In this document: positions 36,331 to 48,874 of the stretch, piece after piece
How the letters are laid out: each line of letters begins with the position of its first letter
Numbering within the stretch: the stretch's first letter is position 1
Assembly: GCF_963921235.1 (NCBI RefSeq)
Contig: NC_086108.1
Coordinates: 43,526,001 to 43,590,000, forward strand
Length of the DNA stretch: 64,000 bases
Direction of reading: 5' to 3'
Source: Mobula hypostoma
Lineage: Eukaryota
Program-made: the position numbers and the translations under genes
Notes under the pieces: generated by a model
The model's input: the letters and a program-made list of their open reading frames with translations, nothing else
The model's database searches: none
What the model was told of the DNA's origin: nothing

Positions 36331-37276
36331 AAGTGTTCAACATTTTTGGATCAAGTGGAATTATACTGCACACTCTTCTTTAACTGCCTTTTAGTTTAGG
36401 TCTGAGGAAGTGCAATATGTGCAAAACTAAGGTTTAATTTTTTTTTTTAACTGCGTGACCATAACTATTTACAGATTTTCCTTTCTGTGACTTCTGGCTC
36501 TATCAACAATTGAAGTAGGTTTTGGACGGATTTTGATCTTTAGATTGTTCTGAATTGCATATCGTCTCATGGGAGGGATCCGCTATTCAGATTTGAATAA
36601 ACAAAACACATTTAAAAATTTCAGAGTATCAGCATCATCCTGGGGTAACGTTGAAGCCGGCCAGGTACTTTCATACTAGGAAGTCCTGTGCTTGAGAGGA
36701 AAATCCCGAGTAAATGATAGCGGGTGGGTCAAGCAAAGTTTCCTGATTTCATGGGGACAGTCCAGCTAACTCGTGACAAGTGATTGTGAAAGAAACTGCC
36801 GGGCGACAGAGGGATTTAAAAATAAAATAGACCCAAACACAGCAGTATTTCTCTGCCATCATCATGCATCTGCAATTCTCATCAAACAGAAATAACTTTC
36901 TAATCTCACCCAACAGGTTTCTGCACCTGCTTTTGTGACCACTTTGGATTACCCATTTTTGTCTTCTGACACTGCCCCACCCCATCAATCTCTCTCTCTT
37001 CCAGAGATCTCCCACCATCTGTCTATCTTTAATTCTCTCATTGTAGTCATGATGATTCACATCCCTTTACTGCTGTCTCCTGAGTTCCAGCACATTATTT
37101 CCATAAGTCTATTCCCTTGACACACCCTTCACCACCTCTCTTGGGTCCCAACTCATCTGGGGAAAGAGAAAGAGACGCAAACATGAGGAATTCTGCAGAT
37201 GCTGGAAATTCAAGCAACACACATCAAAGTTGCTGGTGAACACAGCAGACCAGGCAGCATCTCTAGGAAGAGGTAC

Positions 37277-37312
37277 AGTCGACGTTTCGGGCTGAGACCC
37301 TTCGTCAGGACT
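37277..37312 (-). ncRNA. Minimal type I hammerhead ribozyme motif (best-preserved copy)
   Basis: Reverse complement reads agtc-CTGACGA-A-GGGTCTCAGCCC-GAAA-CGTC-gact. Confidence 0.75.
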
Positions 37313-37967
37313 AACTAAAAGAAGAGCTAGTAAGAGGTTTGAAAGTGGGAGGGGGAGGGGGAGATCCAAAATGATAGCAGAAGACAGGAGGGGGAGGGAT
37401 GGAGCCAAGAGCTGGACAGTTGATTGGCAAAAGGAATATGAGAGGATCACGGGACAGGAGGCCTAGGGAGAAAGAAAAGGGGGAGGGGGGAAAAATCCAG
37501 AGGATGGGCAAGGGGTATAGTGAGAGGGACAGAGGGAGAAAAAGGAGAGAGAGAAAAAGAATGTGTGGCTTCATCTGATGAAGCCACACTCAGGTTGGAG
37601 GAACAACACCTTATATTCCGTCTGGGTAGCCTCCAACCTGATGGCATGAACATTGACTTCTCAAACTTCCACTAATGCCCCACCTCCCCCTCGTACCCCA
37701 TCCGTTATTTATTTATATACACACATTCTTTCTCTCTCTCTCCTTTTTCCCCCTCTTCCCTCTCACTATACCCCTTGCCCATCCTCTGGGTTCCCCCCCC
37801 CTTTTCTTTCTCCCTGGGCCTCCTGTCCCATGATCCTCTCATATCCCTTTTGCCAATCACCTGTCCAGCTCTTGACGCCATCCCTCCCCCTCCTGTCTTC
37901 TCCTATCATTTCGGATCTCCCCTTCCCCCTCCCACTTTCAAATCTCTTACTAACTCTTCCTTCAGTT

Positions 37968-38003
37968 CGTCCTGACGAAGAGTCTCGGCCTGAAACGTTG
38001 ACT
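37968..38003 (+). ncRNA. Hammerhead motif, partly decayed
   Basis: cgtc-CTGACGA-A-GAGTCTCGGCCT-GAAA-CGTT-gact. Helix II is weakened and the triplet is GUU. Confidence 0.55.
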
Positions 38004-38995
38004 GTACCTCTTCCTTTAGATGCTGCCTGGCCTGCTGCGTTCACCAGCAACTTTGATGTGTGTTGCTTAAAGAGAAAGAGACAATATTTTCTGTGTAGAA
38101 TTCTTCTCAATAGAATTAAGGAAAGATTTCTCCTTTCAAGTTGCTGTTTCACTTGTGAAATGTTCCAAGCATTTTCTAAATATTTGTCCTAGTTCAAAAT
38201 GTTATTTTGTTTAGATAGCTCTGTGACATACCTTAGATTTTTATATTGATCACTAAATAAAGGTAGATTATTGTTTGTATAGCTCAAAGTGACTTTGAAT
38301 CTCTTTTTGTCTCATAAAGAAATGTAAATAAATTTATACAATGCAGATGAAATGACTAGACACAGTTTCAGTCATTTGAAAGAGCTTGTACTGCATACAG
38401 ATCAAATCATTACACAACATATTGAAGTAGTACAAAATCTACTCCCACTATAGCGTATGGAAAAAGAAACTTATTTAGCTACGTATATAGTACCATTTGC
38501 TCGGGGGGAGGGGTGCTTGGACAGCTGACTCTTGTGACCCTTCTGCAAAACCGCATGAAGCATGAAGGTCTATTGCTGATGGCTGTCACCCAGCTAATCT
38601 AATCTTGACTTCATCTCGATTCCCTGTGTTTTCTCTCATGGCATCTCAGTCAGTACCATGGATCTCTGGCTCCTAGACCCTGTATCTCAGATTCCCTGCT
38701 CTGACACTAGAATCAGACAGACACTGCTCTGTGACTTCACAGAGATACTTATCTGGTTTCAGCATGAATACTTGGGACAATTCTGGTTGAGCCTTAGGCT
38801 GACACATTCTTCTCTGTCATTCCTTTTTCATAAATGGAATTTCTTCTCATTATTTTTCAGACATTATTTATATCCTCAGGAATGTGCAAAACACCTGAGA
38901 GCACATGCCAGCAGGCTCCTACCTCATTGTTATAAAACTATTGAGGGTTGTCTCATAAATGATGGAATACTGACCTCACAATCTGCTTTGTTACA

Positions 38996-39345
38996 AGACC
39001 ATAAGACATTGGAGTAGAATGAGGCCATTCGGCCCAAGAAGTCTGCTCCATCCTTCCATTAGGGCTGATTTATTATCCTTGTCAACCCCATTCTCCTGCC
39101 TTCTCCTCGTAACCGTTGATGCTTTTACTAATCAGGAACATTTCAATCTCTGCAGTAATCATATGCAATGGCTTCTCTAGCCATCTGTGGCAATGAATTC
39201 TGCAGATTCACCACCTTTTGGCTAGAGAAATTCCTCTCCATCTCTGTTTTAAAGGTACGTCCTTGTACTCTGTGGTTGTGCCCCTTAGTCCTAGACTCCC
39301 CCACTATATGATACATCCTCCCCATGTCCACTCTATCTAAATCTT
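38996..39345 (-). mobile_element. CR1 3' fragment
   Basis: ORF 39143-39331 reads GESRTKGH...RNFSSQKVVNL. Tail agaccataagac. Confidence 0.8.
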
Positions 39346-39736
39346 ATGCCTTATTGTTCTCCCCCACTGCACCTTCCCTGTAGCTGTTGCACTTTATTCT
39401 TCGTTCTGCTACTGTTTTACCTTGTACTACCTCGATGCACTGTGTAGTTTTCGATACGTGTGAACAGAATGCAAATCAAGCTTATCACTGTTCTCAGTAC
39501 ACGGGACGGTAATAAACCAATTCTATTTCCAATTTTTAAGAAGATTTTGTTTTTACCCCGTGCATCCGCATACCTTTAAACAGTTACCTTCCCAGACAAT
39601 TTCTGACGATGTTAAACAATGGGTCTTTAAATGTTATAGATCCATCGGACTCAATTACCCACTGGATCAATTGGCACTAGTACTGATACATCCCATATGG
39701 ATTGTAACTTGCCTCTGTAAGACTCATTGCATCTAG

Positions 39737-40319
39737 TGGCATGATCTTGGGGGTGGCGCCCCCTCCCCGACCAAACTTTATCACTCTTGTTTGGGTGGAT
39801 GCTGTGTGTTGTGTCCCCTGTGTAACATCAGTACCCTGAAATAACATTCAGTCCACAATGTGCGGTTAAACGATTAAGATTTTATATTTAAGTATGGGGT
39901 TAGTAGAGAAACAAAAGAAAAGGAAAACAAATAAAAAGCGCCAATAATCTCATAAACATGTCCAGTGCACAAACGTTGGAGCTCACAGATTCCCTTTCAC
40001 TGATCGTCCTTCGCTAGTCGGCCCCTGGGCTCCCACCCCGAGCCTAGGCCCAGCGGGTCTGGCAACCATCTCCTCAAGCCACATCTTCTCTCTTCATCCT
40101 CCTCGTGCCTTCTCCCCCAAAGCCCGTGCAAACTAACAGCTTTCACACAAACAGAAAGAATAACATCTATCCCAATTGGTTTGCAAATGAATACAAGTCC
40201 CGTTATCACTAATTATAACCCAAACATGCTGCTATACAGAACCACTGTCTCAGCTGTTAACAGTACAGAGAAGCCATTTTATTCACCTTAGCAGTAACAT
40301 AAAAGAAGAAACCCTTACA
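39737..40319. mobile_element. Possible solo LTR, left boundary uncertain
   Basis: Ends in ...aacccttaca with LTR-like composition. No clean TSD was found. Confidence 0.3.
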
Positions 40320-41483
40320 GTAGCATTTCTATTAAGCCATTCTGTCGGTTACTTCCATTACTGGTCTAAAAAGAGTACCCAGTGCCTAACGGGATATTTC
40401 TTATTTGGACAAGAGCTACAGTACAGAGACAAGAAGAGCACATAAAGTGTCTGATGTCAGGGCACCATACTGGCTCATTGAATAGATAAAAGAATGAGAG
40501 GCAGCAGTACTAAATTGAACCCACACAAAGCACATGTTGACTACTAATCACTCAGAGGATTCAGACTTCATACAGAAAGCCGAAGAGACACAGGCAGGCT
40601 TCCCGATTAGCATGAGCCAGTTGTAAGCAGAGGGGTAGGAATAATTGGTAATAAAGATTTATTCCCATTGTATGAGCACTCCTGACGAATCTTTGGAAAG
40701 TATTTTTTTAAAGTTTTAATATTTAGTCCAACTGTTAAAGCTGAAATTTGAGGGAGTTATATTTATTCAGTTGGACCAAAGCTATTGTCTGAATTCTCAG
40801 AATTTTCTGTCTCTCACTGATAATCATTTGAGTGGCAGTTCACAGAGTCCTCTTAGAGTAATCACTCTCACCCAACAGCACCTCAGTGGATAAGGCTAAT
40901 CAGAGGACAGACTGGGATTGTTTCAGCCTGGGAATGTTAGGCTTGTGTGTCCCTTTGACTTTGAGCTCTGCTGGATTTTAGCATCACTTCTCTTTCTGCA
41001 AGATATGTTATTTTCCTTCATTCTCTATTCACAGACTATTTTCTCTTACCAGAAAAATACATCACAGTTCCTGCAGGCCAGGGCTGTTTTGTTTAACTTG
41101 ATCTGTTGTTTAAATATTTTCCAAAGCAGTTTAAAGCCTTTAGTTTGGGCATCATAGAAAAACTTTAACTCTTAACCACAGTTCTTATGTTCTTGGAGAA
41201 GTCTGTGATTGTGAGGTAGTCCTTACCACTGGGGTCTCGGCCATATTTCCTGGACAGGGGAGACTCCTTCTTTCATGTGAGCACAACTAAAAAGATCAGG
41301 AGTGGGCTATACAGTGCCCTGTGTCTGCTTTCATATTCAATAAAAGCTCTATTGATCTGATCTTGATCTTGGGTCTGCATTCCTAACTGTTCGCCATAAT
41401 CCTTGACTCCCTTGTTGACCAAATATCAATCATAAATTTCAATCAGTTTGATTTTTCATCTCTCTGAGGTAGTGAATTCCAAA

Positions 41484-42105
41484 TTAGATTATGAGGACAT
41501 GCAGTCCTCTTTTATTGTCATTTAGTAATGCATGCATTAAGAAATGATACAATGTTCCTCCAATATGATATCACAGAAACACAAGACAAACCAAGACTGA
41601 AAAACTGACAAAAACCACATTATTATAACATATAGTTACAATAGTGCAAAACAATATAGTAATTTGATAAAGAACAGACCATGGGCACGGGAAAAAAAAG
41701 TCTGAAAGTCTCTCGAAAGTCCCATCGTCTTACACAGACAGTAGAAAAAAGAAAAACTCCCCCTGCCATGAATCTCCAGTGCTGCAACTTTGCTGATGCA
41801 GCACCCTGGAAGCTCCCAACCACAGCCGACTCTTCAGTCCGTCTGAAAACTTCGAGCCTCCGACCGGCTCTCCGACACCAAGCACCGAGCACCATCTCTG
41901 TCGAGCGCTTCAACCCTGGCCCTGGCCACCAAACAACAGGCAAAGCCGAGGATTCAGGGCCTTCCCCTCCGGAGATTCTGGATCACACAGTAGCTGCGAC
42001 AGCGAAGCGGGCATTTCAGAAGTTTCACAGATGTTGCTCCGTGCTCTCACGTCTGTCTCCATCAAATCAGAATTGTGCACGGCCTCCTACTTGACAGATA
42101 ACAGA
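41484..42105 (-). mobile_element. Probable non-autonomous retroposon of unknown family
   Basis: Starts with the reverse complement of a polyA-signal tail (attagattatg...ttttattgtc) and continues into a CpG-rich body unlike the flanks. Confidence 0.35.
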
Positions 42106-43549
42106 AAGTAATTGGAATACTACTGTTTATATTAGGCAGTGTCATCACTTAATAAAGAACGTAGTCAATATTAGAAGCTAATATTTGGAAATGTTTTCTA
42201 TCATGATCAGAAAATTATTCTGTTCCAATTAACATTAACAGAGCCTATAGATATTATTTTTATGTTAATTCATCTATGTTCTTCAATGAGACTCGGAATA
42301 AGTCTCTTTCTTCTGACCCTTGCTCTGTCTTTAGTTATACACTTCCTTCTGTGGGGTCAGTCCTGCATAAAAACAGTCTCAGTCATTCATAAGAGAGTAG
42401 GCAGCAGGTTTAGTTGGCACCAGAATTAATTTCCACTGTGGCTTATAATAGTATTGTAATTCTGACAATCTTGTGTTCAGAATTTCTTGGCATTAGTGAA
42501 AATAAATGCCCTGAGGAACTCAGTATATCAGGCAGCAACTGAGGAGGGAAATGGACCTTTGGTGTTTCAGGTCAAGATCCCTTATCTGGTGCCTTCCTAT
42601 CATTGTTTAGTTCAGGCTCCAAACCTGTATTTAGACCCATGTGGACTGAACTATATCAGTCCCAGCCGCTGGGACTCTGGTGTTCCCTGAGTAACCCAGC
42701 AGGAGCGATGGATAGACTTTGTTCTCTTTCCAGGACATACAAGAAGAATGCCCATTAGTGAATCATTGTTTACAAAGGCTGCACTTTGCTATTGTACAAT
42801 AAGTAGCTTTTTGTTAGTTTTCTGAAAACAAGGTAACAAGTAAGAAGAATAGGTTATTTTGTGCCTCAAAGCGGCTTGTTGTCCAAATGGATCATGGCTC
42901 AGCTATCAGCTCATTGCCATCTACCTGCATTGATTCTGTCTTGCATACTCTCTGTAACTCTACAACCCTCATGAGTAGCATTCCAAAGATTCTCCTCTAT
43001 CTTCAGGGTGATAACATTTCTTTTTACCTCAGTCCTGAATGCCTAATTTACCAACTTCACTTTGAGATCATTGCACCTGCATCTAGACAGCTCGGGGAAA
43101 CATTATCTTTACATCTAAAATCAAAGCCGAGTTTATTGCCATTTGCACAAGTACATATGCCCACAAATGAAATGAAAAACTTACTTGCGGCAGTGTCATT
43201 GGGCACATGCATCAAATAAACAGCATTCATGAGGAAAACATTAAACACAATTTTCACAAGAAAACACAATTAGATAAAAAATATATGAAGTCCACTTTAG
43301 TGCAAAGTGGTTATAGTGTTGCTAAACTGTGGTGATTAGGGCATTGCCCATTGGTTCAAGAGCCAAATGGTTGTAGGCTGCTCTTCAGTATGGTGATGTG
43401 GGACTTCATGCTTCTGTACCTTTTGCGAGAAGATGGCATGGCCTGGATGGTGGAGATATTTGATGATAGATGTTGCTATCTTGAGGCAGCAGCTCCTGTA
43501 GATACTGTTGGCGGTGGAGAGGGATGTGCCCGTGTTTCTGGAGCTTCAT

Positions 43550-45702
43550 AGGGATTGAAGGTGGATATGCAATGGCAGGCATTTAAAGGTTGCATGGATG
43601 AACTACAACAATTGTTCATCCCAGTTTGGCAAAAGAATAAATCAAGGAAGGTAGTGCACCCGTGGCTGACAAGAGAAATTAGGGATAGTATCAATTCCAA
43701 AGAAGTAGCATACAAATTAGCCAGAGAAAGTGGCTCACCTGAGGACTGGGAGAAATTCAGAGTTCAGCAGAGGAGGACAAAGGGCTTAATTAGGAAGGGG
43801 AAAAAAGATTATGAGAGAAAACTGGCAGAGAACATAAAAACGGACTGTAAAAGCTTTTATAGATATGTAAAAAGGAAAAGACTGATAAAGACAAATGTAG
43901 GTCCCCTGCAAACAGAAACAGGTGAATTGATTATGGGGAGCAAGGACATGGCAGACCAATTGAATAATTACTTTAGTTCTGTCTTCACTAAGGAGGACAT
44001 AAATAATCTTCCAGAAATAGTAAGGGACAGAGGGTCCAGTGAGATGGAGGAACTGAGCGAAATACATGTTAGTAGGGAAGTGGTGTTAGGTAAATTGAAG
44101 GGATTGAAGGCAGATAAATCCCCAGGGCCAGATGGTCTGCATCCCAGAGTGCTTAAGGAAGTGGTCCAAGAAATAGTGGATGCATTAGTGATAATTTTTC
44201 AAAACTCGTTAGATTCTGGACTAGTTCCTGAGGATTGGAGGGTGGCTAATGTAACCCCACTTTTTAAAAAAGGAGGGAGAGAGAAACCGGGGAATTATAG
44301 GCTGGTTAGCCTAACGTCGGTGGTGGGGAAACTGCTGGAGTCAGTTATCAAGGATGTGATAACAGCACATTTGGAAAGCGGTGAAATGATCGGACAAAGT
44401 CAGCATGGATTTGTGAAAGGAAAATCATGTCTGACGAATCTCATAGAATTTTTTGAGGATGTAACTAGTAGAGTGGATAGGGGAGAACCAGTGGATGTGG
44501 TATATTTGGATTTTCAAAAGGCTTTTGACAAGGTCCCACACAGGAGATTAGTGTGCAAACTTAAAGCACACGGTATTGGGGGTAAGGTATTGGTGTGGGT
44601 GGAGAATTGGTTAGCAGACAGGAAGCAAAGAGTGGGAATAAACGGGACCTTTTCAGAATGGCAGGCGGTGACTAGTGGGGTACCGCAAGGCTCAGTGCTG
44701 GGACCCCAGTTGTTTACAATATATATTAATGACTTGGATGAGGGAATTAAATGCAGCATCTCCAAGTTTGCGGATGACACGAAGCTGGGTGGCAGTGTTA
44801 GCAGTGAGGAGGATGCTAAGAGGATGCAGGGTGACTTGGATAGGTTGGGTGAGTGGGCAAACTCATGGCAGATGCAATTTAATGTGGATAAATGTGAAGT
44901 TATCCACTTTGGTGGCAAAAATAGGAAAACAGATTATTATCTGAATGGTGGCCGATTAGGAAAAGGGGAGGTGCAACGAGACCTGGGTGTCATTATACAC
45001 CAGTCATTGAAAGTGGGCATGCAGGTACAGCAGGCGGTGAAAAAGGCGAACGGTATGCTGGCATTTATAGCGAGAGGATTCGAGTACAGGAGCAGGGAGG
45101 TACTACTGCAGTTGTACAAGGCCTTGGTGAGACCACACCTGGAGTATTGTGTGCAGTTTTGGTCCCCTAATCTGAGGAAAGACATCTTTGCCATAGAGGG
45201 AGTACAAAGAAGGTTCACCAGATTGATTCCTGGGATGGCAGGTCTTTCATATGAAGAAAGACTGGATGAACTGGGCTTGTACTCGTTGGAATTTAGAAGA
45301 TTGAGGGGGGATCTGATTGAAACGTATAAGATCCTAAAGGGATTGGACAGGCTAGATGCGGGAAGATTGTTCCCGATGTTGGGGAGGTCTAGAACGAGGG
45401 GTCACAGTTTGAGGATAGAGGGGAAGCCTTTTAGGACCGAGGTTAGGAAAAACTTCTTCACACAGAGAGTGGTGAATCTGTGGAATTCTCTGCCACAGCA
45501 AACTGTTGAGGCCAGTTCATTAGCTATGTTTAAAAGGAAGTTAGATATGGCCCTTGTGGCTACAGGGGTCAGGGGGTATGGAGGGAAGGCTGGGTTCTGA
45601 GTTGGATGATCAGCCATGATCATAATAAATGGCGGTGCAGGCTCGAAGGGCCGAATGGCCTACTCCTGCACCTATTTTCTATGTTTCTATCTATGTTTCT
45701 AT
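43550..45702 (+). mobile_element. Young 5'-truncated CR1 LINE
   Basis: Uninterrupted ORF2 segment followed by a CR1 3' UTR and a ctatgtttctat tail. Confidence 0.95.
43555..45600 (+). CDS. CR1 ORF2 reverse transcriptase domain (681 aa open, no endonuclease)
   Basis: KSPGPDG, NYRLVSLTS, QHGFVKGKSCLTNL, YLDFQKAFDKVPH, GVPQGSVLGP, SKFADDTKL, RPHLEYCVQFWSP. There is no true ATG start because the element is truncated. Confidence 0.85.
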   Translation: MKVDMQWQAFKGCMDELQQLFIPVWQKNKSRKVVHPWLTREIRDSINSKEVAYKLARESGSPEDWEKFRVQQRRTKGLIRKGKKDYERKLAENIKTDCKSFYRYVKRKRLIKTNVGPLQTETGELIMGSKDMADQLNNYFSSVFTKEDINNLPEIVRDRGSSEMEELSEIHVSREVVLGKLKGLKADKSPGPDGLHPRVLKEVVQEIVDALVIIFQNSLDSGLVPEDWRVANVTPLFKKGGREKPGNYRLVSLTSVVGKLLESVIKDVITAHLESGEMIGQSQHGFVKGKSCLTNLIEFFEDVTSRVDRGEPVDVVYLDFQKAFDKVPHRRLVCKLKAHGIGGKVLVWVENWLADRKQRVGINGTFSEWQAVTSGVPQGSVLGPQLFTIYINDLDEGIKCSISKFADDTKLGGSVSSEEDAKRMQGDLDRLGEWANSWQMQFNVDKCEVIHFGGKNRKTDYYLNGGRLGKGEVQRDLGVIIHQSLKVGMQVQQAVKKANGMLAFIARGFEYRSREVLLQLYKALVRPHLEYCVQFWSPNLRKDIFAIEGVQRRFTRLIPGMAGLSYEERLDELGLYSLEFRRLRGDLIETYKILKGLDRLDAGRLFPMLGRSRTRGHSLRIEGKPFRTEVRKNFFTQRVVNLWNSLPQQTVEASSLAMFKRKLDMALVATGVRGYGGKAGF

Positions 45703-46419
45703 TAATATTTCTGTATTTTGGTATGACCCTGCTCTTAATTGAACATAGTCCATAATTTTGTCTTGGCTATAAAATTGAAATCATGCTTTGGATACGTGAA
45801 GCAAAATTGTTTCCGGTAAGTACTAAATAATCAACATCCCCATAGAGAATATTTGTGGAACGTTGCTTCTCTTTTTTTGGTAGATTCAGTGATTACTTTA
45901 TTTTCTTACTCTGTTTACTGTTTTGAGATATGAGATTCAATCTGATACTTTCTCTATTATGTTACTTGTTTTGATCTTAGTCATGAACTTTGTGGGATAC
46001 TCTTTTAGAAAGCTTCCAATCCCTATTCATCAAGACAATGTACTTCTCTGTAGGTATGCATATAAATCATTTTCATAACCAAGTGATAACCTTACTGTCA
46101 AGAGTGTAGCTGTTTGAAATCGGAAAGGTTTTGTCAGGGTCAGGATGCAGAGAATGTTTTCTGGCAGAATCTCAAGTGTGAATATCACCGTTTAAAAATA
46201 AGGGGGTTTCCCATTGAAATCCTTTCTCTGAAAGGGTTGTGACTCTTTGGAAATCTCTTCCACAAAGAGAGTAGAAGTAGAGTCAGAAATAATGAGATAC
46301 TTGACAAGTAAAAGGGTAAAAGGTTACTGAAGGTGAATGAAAAATGTAGAGTTCAGGTTACAATCAGATCAGTAATAATGTCAGGCTCAAAGGTGCAAAT
46401 AATCATCTCATGTTCCTAA

Positions 46420-47895
46420 TTCATTTGTAAATTGGTAAATTGGATTAATATTGTCACATGTACCAATCTACAGTGAAAAACTTGTCTTGAACCCTGCCTG
46501 CGCAGATCATTACATGGCAGCAATGCATTGGGGCAGTACAAGGATGACAGAATGCAGAATAAAGTGTTATAGTTACAGACAGTGCAGTGCAGGTAGACAA
46601 TAAGGTACCAAGTCATAGTGAGGTAGTGAGGTGATGAGTCTATTTTATCGCATTAGGGGTATGATCGATAGTATTATAACAGTGGGATAGAAGCTGTCTT
46701 TAAACCTGATGGCTCGTGCTATCAGGCTTTTGTACATTCTACCTGATGGAAGAGGGACAAATATCTGGGGGTGTTTCTTTAATTATGTTGGTTGCTTTAC
46801 TGAGGCAGCGAGAAGTACAGACTGAGCTCATGGAGGGTGGGATATTTCTGTGATGTACTGAGTTGCGTCCACACCCTCTTTCCAGAAGTCAATGACCAGA
46901 TCTTTGGTTTTACTGACATTGTGAAAGGTTGTTGTCATGCCACCATGTGTCCTGGCGGTCTATCTCCTTCCTGTACCCCAGCTCATCATTACTTGCGATC
47001 TGGCGCATTACATTGGTATCATCTGGAAACTTGTAGATGGACTTGGAGCAGAATCTGGCCACACAGTTCTGAGTGTACAGGGAGTAGGGGACTGACGAGG
47101 CAGCTGTGTGGGGCACCAGGTTTGAGAATAATTGTGGAGGAGGTGTTGTTGCCTATCCTTACTGTTTGCAGTCTGTTGGTCAGGAAGTCGAGGATTCAGT
47201 TGCAAAAGGAGATGTTGAGTCCCAGGTTTAGGAGTTTGGAGATGAATTTTCTTGGAACTATAGTACTGAAAGTGGAACGGTAGTCAATAAACTGTATTCT
47301 AATGTAGGTGTCTTTACTGTCCAGATGCTCTGGAGATGAGTGTAGGCCCAGGGTAATGCTGTCCGCCTGTTTCTGTGGTAGACAATTTGTAGTGGGTTGA
47401 GGTTGTTAAAGAGTTTGGAGTTGTTGTGTGCTATGTTGAAGCACTCCATGATGGTGGATGTCAGAGCCTCTGGGCAACAGTCATTAAGAAACGTTGCCAT
47501 GTTTTTCTTAGATATCAGTTTGAAAGTGGTCTTCTTTAAACAGGTGGGAATCTCAGATTTAGGCAGAGAGAGGTTAAAAATATCTGTAAATTTCCTCTGC
47601 AACCTGGTCTACAAAGGATCTAAGGACAGATGGATTCACCCTCCAGAAGATTGATTTACTTTAACAATGGTGACTAAGGATTCGGGTGCACTGGAGGCTG
47701 ATGGGGAGCGAGGTAAAATACCAGTTCCTGTCTATTTAAAATATGCAGGCAAAGTTCATTGGGCTGCAAGATTCTGCTGTTGGCAATGCTTCCTGACTTT
47801 GTTTTGTATCCATGTAAGCGCAGCCATAACTGATGGCTGATCTGGGGCTCTATGCTAGACTGGTATTGTGTCTTGGCATCTCTGACAGCTATGTG
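46420..47895 (-). mobile_element. Degenerate Rex1/Babar LINE
   Basis: ORF pieces FTDIFNLSL...NDCCPEALTSTIMECF and IYKFPDDT. It appears to continue briefly after 49188. Confidence 0.75.
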
Positions 47896-48228
47896 TGTCA
47901 TAGTCCGGTCCGTAAAGTCCGTATTCCGGTTCACGGTCCGGTCCATCGACCCTTGCTCCAGGTTTTCCTATCTACCCTGTTTCTGTCTTGTTGAGCTCTA
48001 ATTGAGCCAGCTGATGCTAGTTGGGGCTGGCTGCATAAATACCTTCAGAGACCAGGGTGTGGCTGCTGGATTGTTCTTGTCTTTACTCTGTCTTCTGTTT
48101 CCTTGCTTGAAGCCCTGCCTTGTCTTGCCGGTAACTCTTGCCTCACCTGAAGTTCTCGTCTTGCCTTGCTTTGCCAGTAGCCTTGCCTTGTCTTGCTGTC
48201 TGGTCCTGGAGCCACCCTGTACCTAGCT

Positions 48229-48453
48229 CCCTTCCTGTCCCTTGCCTCCGCCCAGGTGAGTCAGGCTGTCTTGCTGTTACCTGGGGTTGGTTCTGTCCCT
48301 TCCTGTCCCTTGCCTCTGCCCAGGTAATCCAGGCCGTCTTGCTGTTACCTGGGGTTGGTTCTGTCCCTTCCTGTCCCTTGCCTCTGCCCAGGTAATCCAG
48401 GCCATCTTGCTGTTACCTGGAGTTGGTTCTGTCCCTTCCTCTCCCTTGCCTCT
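48229..48453. repeat. 68-bp tandem repeat, about 3.3 copies
   Basis: Units start at 48229, 48297, 48365 and 48433 (cccttcctgtcccttgcctc...). Confidence 0.9.
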
Positions 48454-48536
48454 GTTGGGTGGTGATCTGCACCCTGCCCAGGAGGATCCAAGCCTCGCCT
48501 CAAGTCTCAAGTCTCCTGTCTCTGGTCTCCAGCCCG

Positions 48537-48874
48537 CAGCCCCGCCTGTAGCCTCGTGTCTCCAGCCCCGCCTGTAGCCTCGTGTCTCCAGCCCCGCCTG
48601 TAGCCTCGTGTCTCCAGCCCCGCCTGTAGCCTCGTGTCTCCAGCCCCGCCTGTAGCCTCGTGTCTCCAGCCCCGCCTGTAGCCTCGTGTCTCCAGCCCCG
48701 CCTGTAGCCTCGTGTCTCCAGCCCCGCCTGTAGCCTCGTGTCTCCAGCCCCGCCTGTAGCCTCGTGTCTCCAGCCCCGCCTGTAGCCTCGTGTCTCCAGC
48801 CCCGCCTGTAGCCTCGTGTCTCCAGCCCCGCCTGTAGCCTCGTGTCTCCAGCCCCGCCTGTAGCCTCGTGTCTC
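48537..48874. repeat. 26-bp minisatellite, 13 identical copies
   Basis: Unit cagccccgcctgtagcctcgtgtctc; 338 bp equals 13 x 26. Confidence 0.95.

Larger units (their letters stand above)
37177..38068. mobile_element. Long inverted PLE pair including the GIY-YIG C-terminus
   Basis: Minus arm 37177-37567 and plus arm 37577-38068, the latter encoding DEATLRLEEQHLIFRLGSLQPDGMNIDFSNFH*. A 14-bp TSD aaagagaaagagac lies at 37163-37176 and 38069-38082. Confidence 0.9.

Noticed and set aside
42734..42832. Candidate exon with a strong acceptor (ttctctttccag) and donor GTAACA
   Set aside because: Stops occur in all three frames. It could only be non-coding or terminal and cannot be supported without RNA data.
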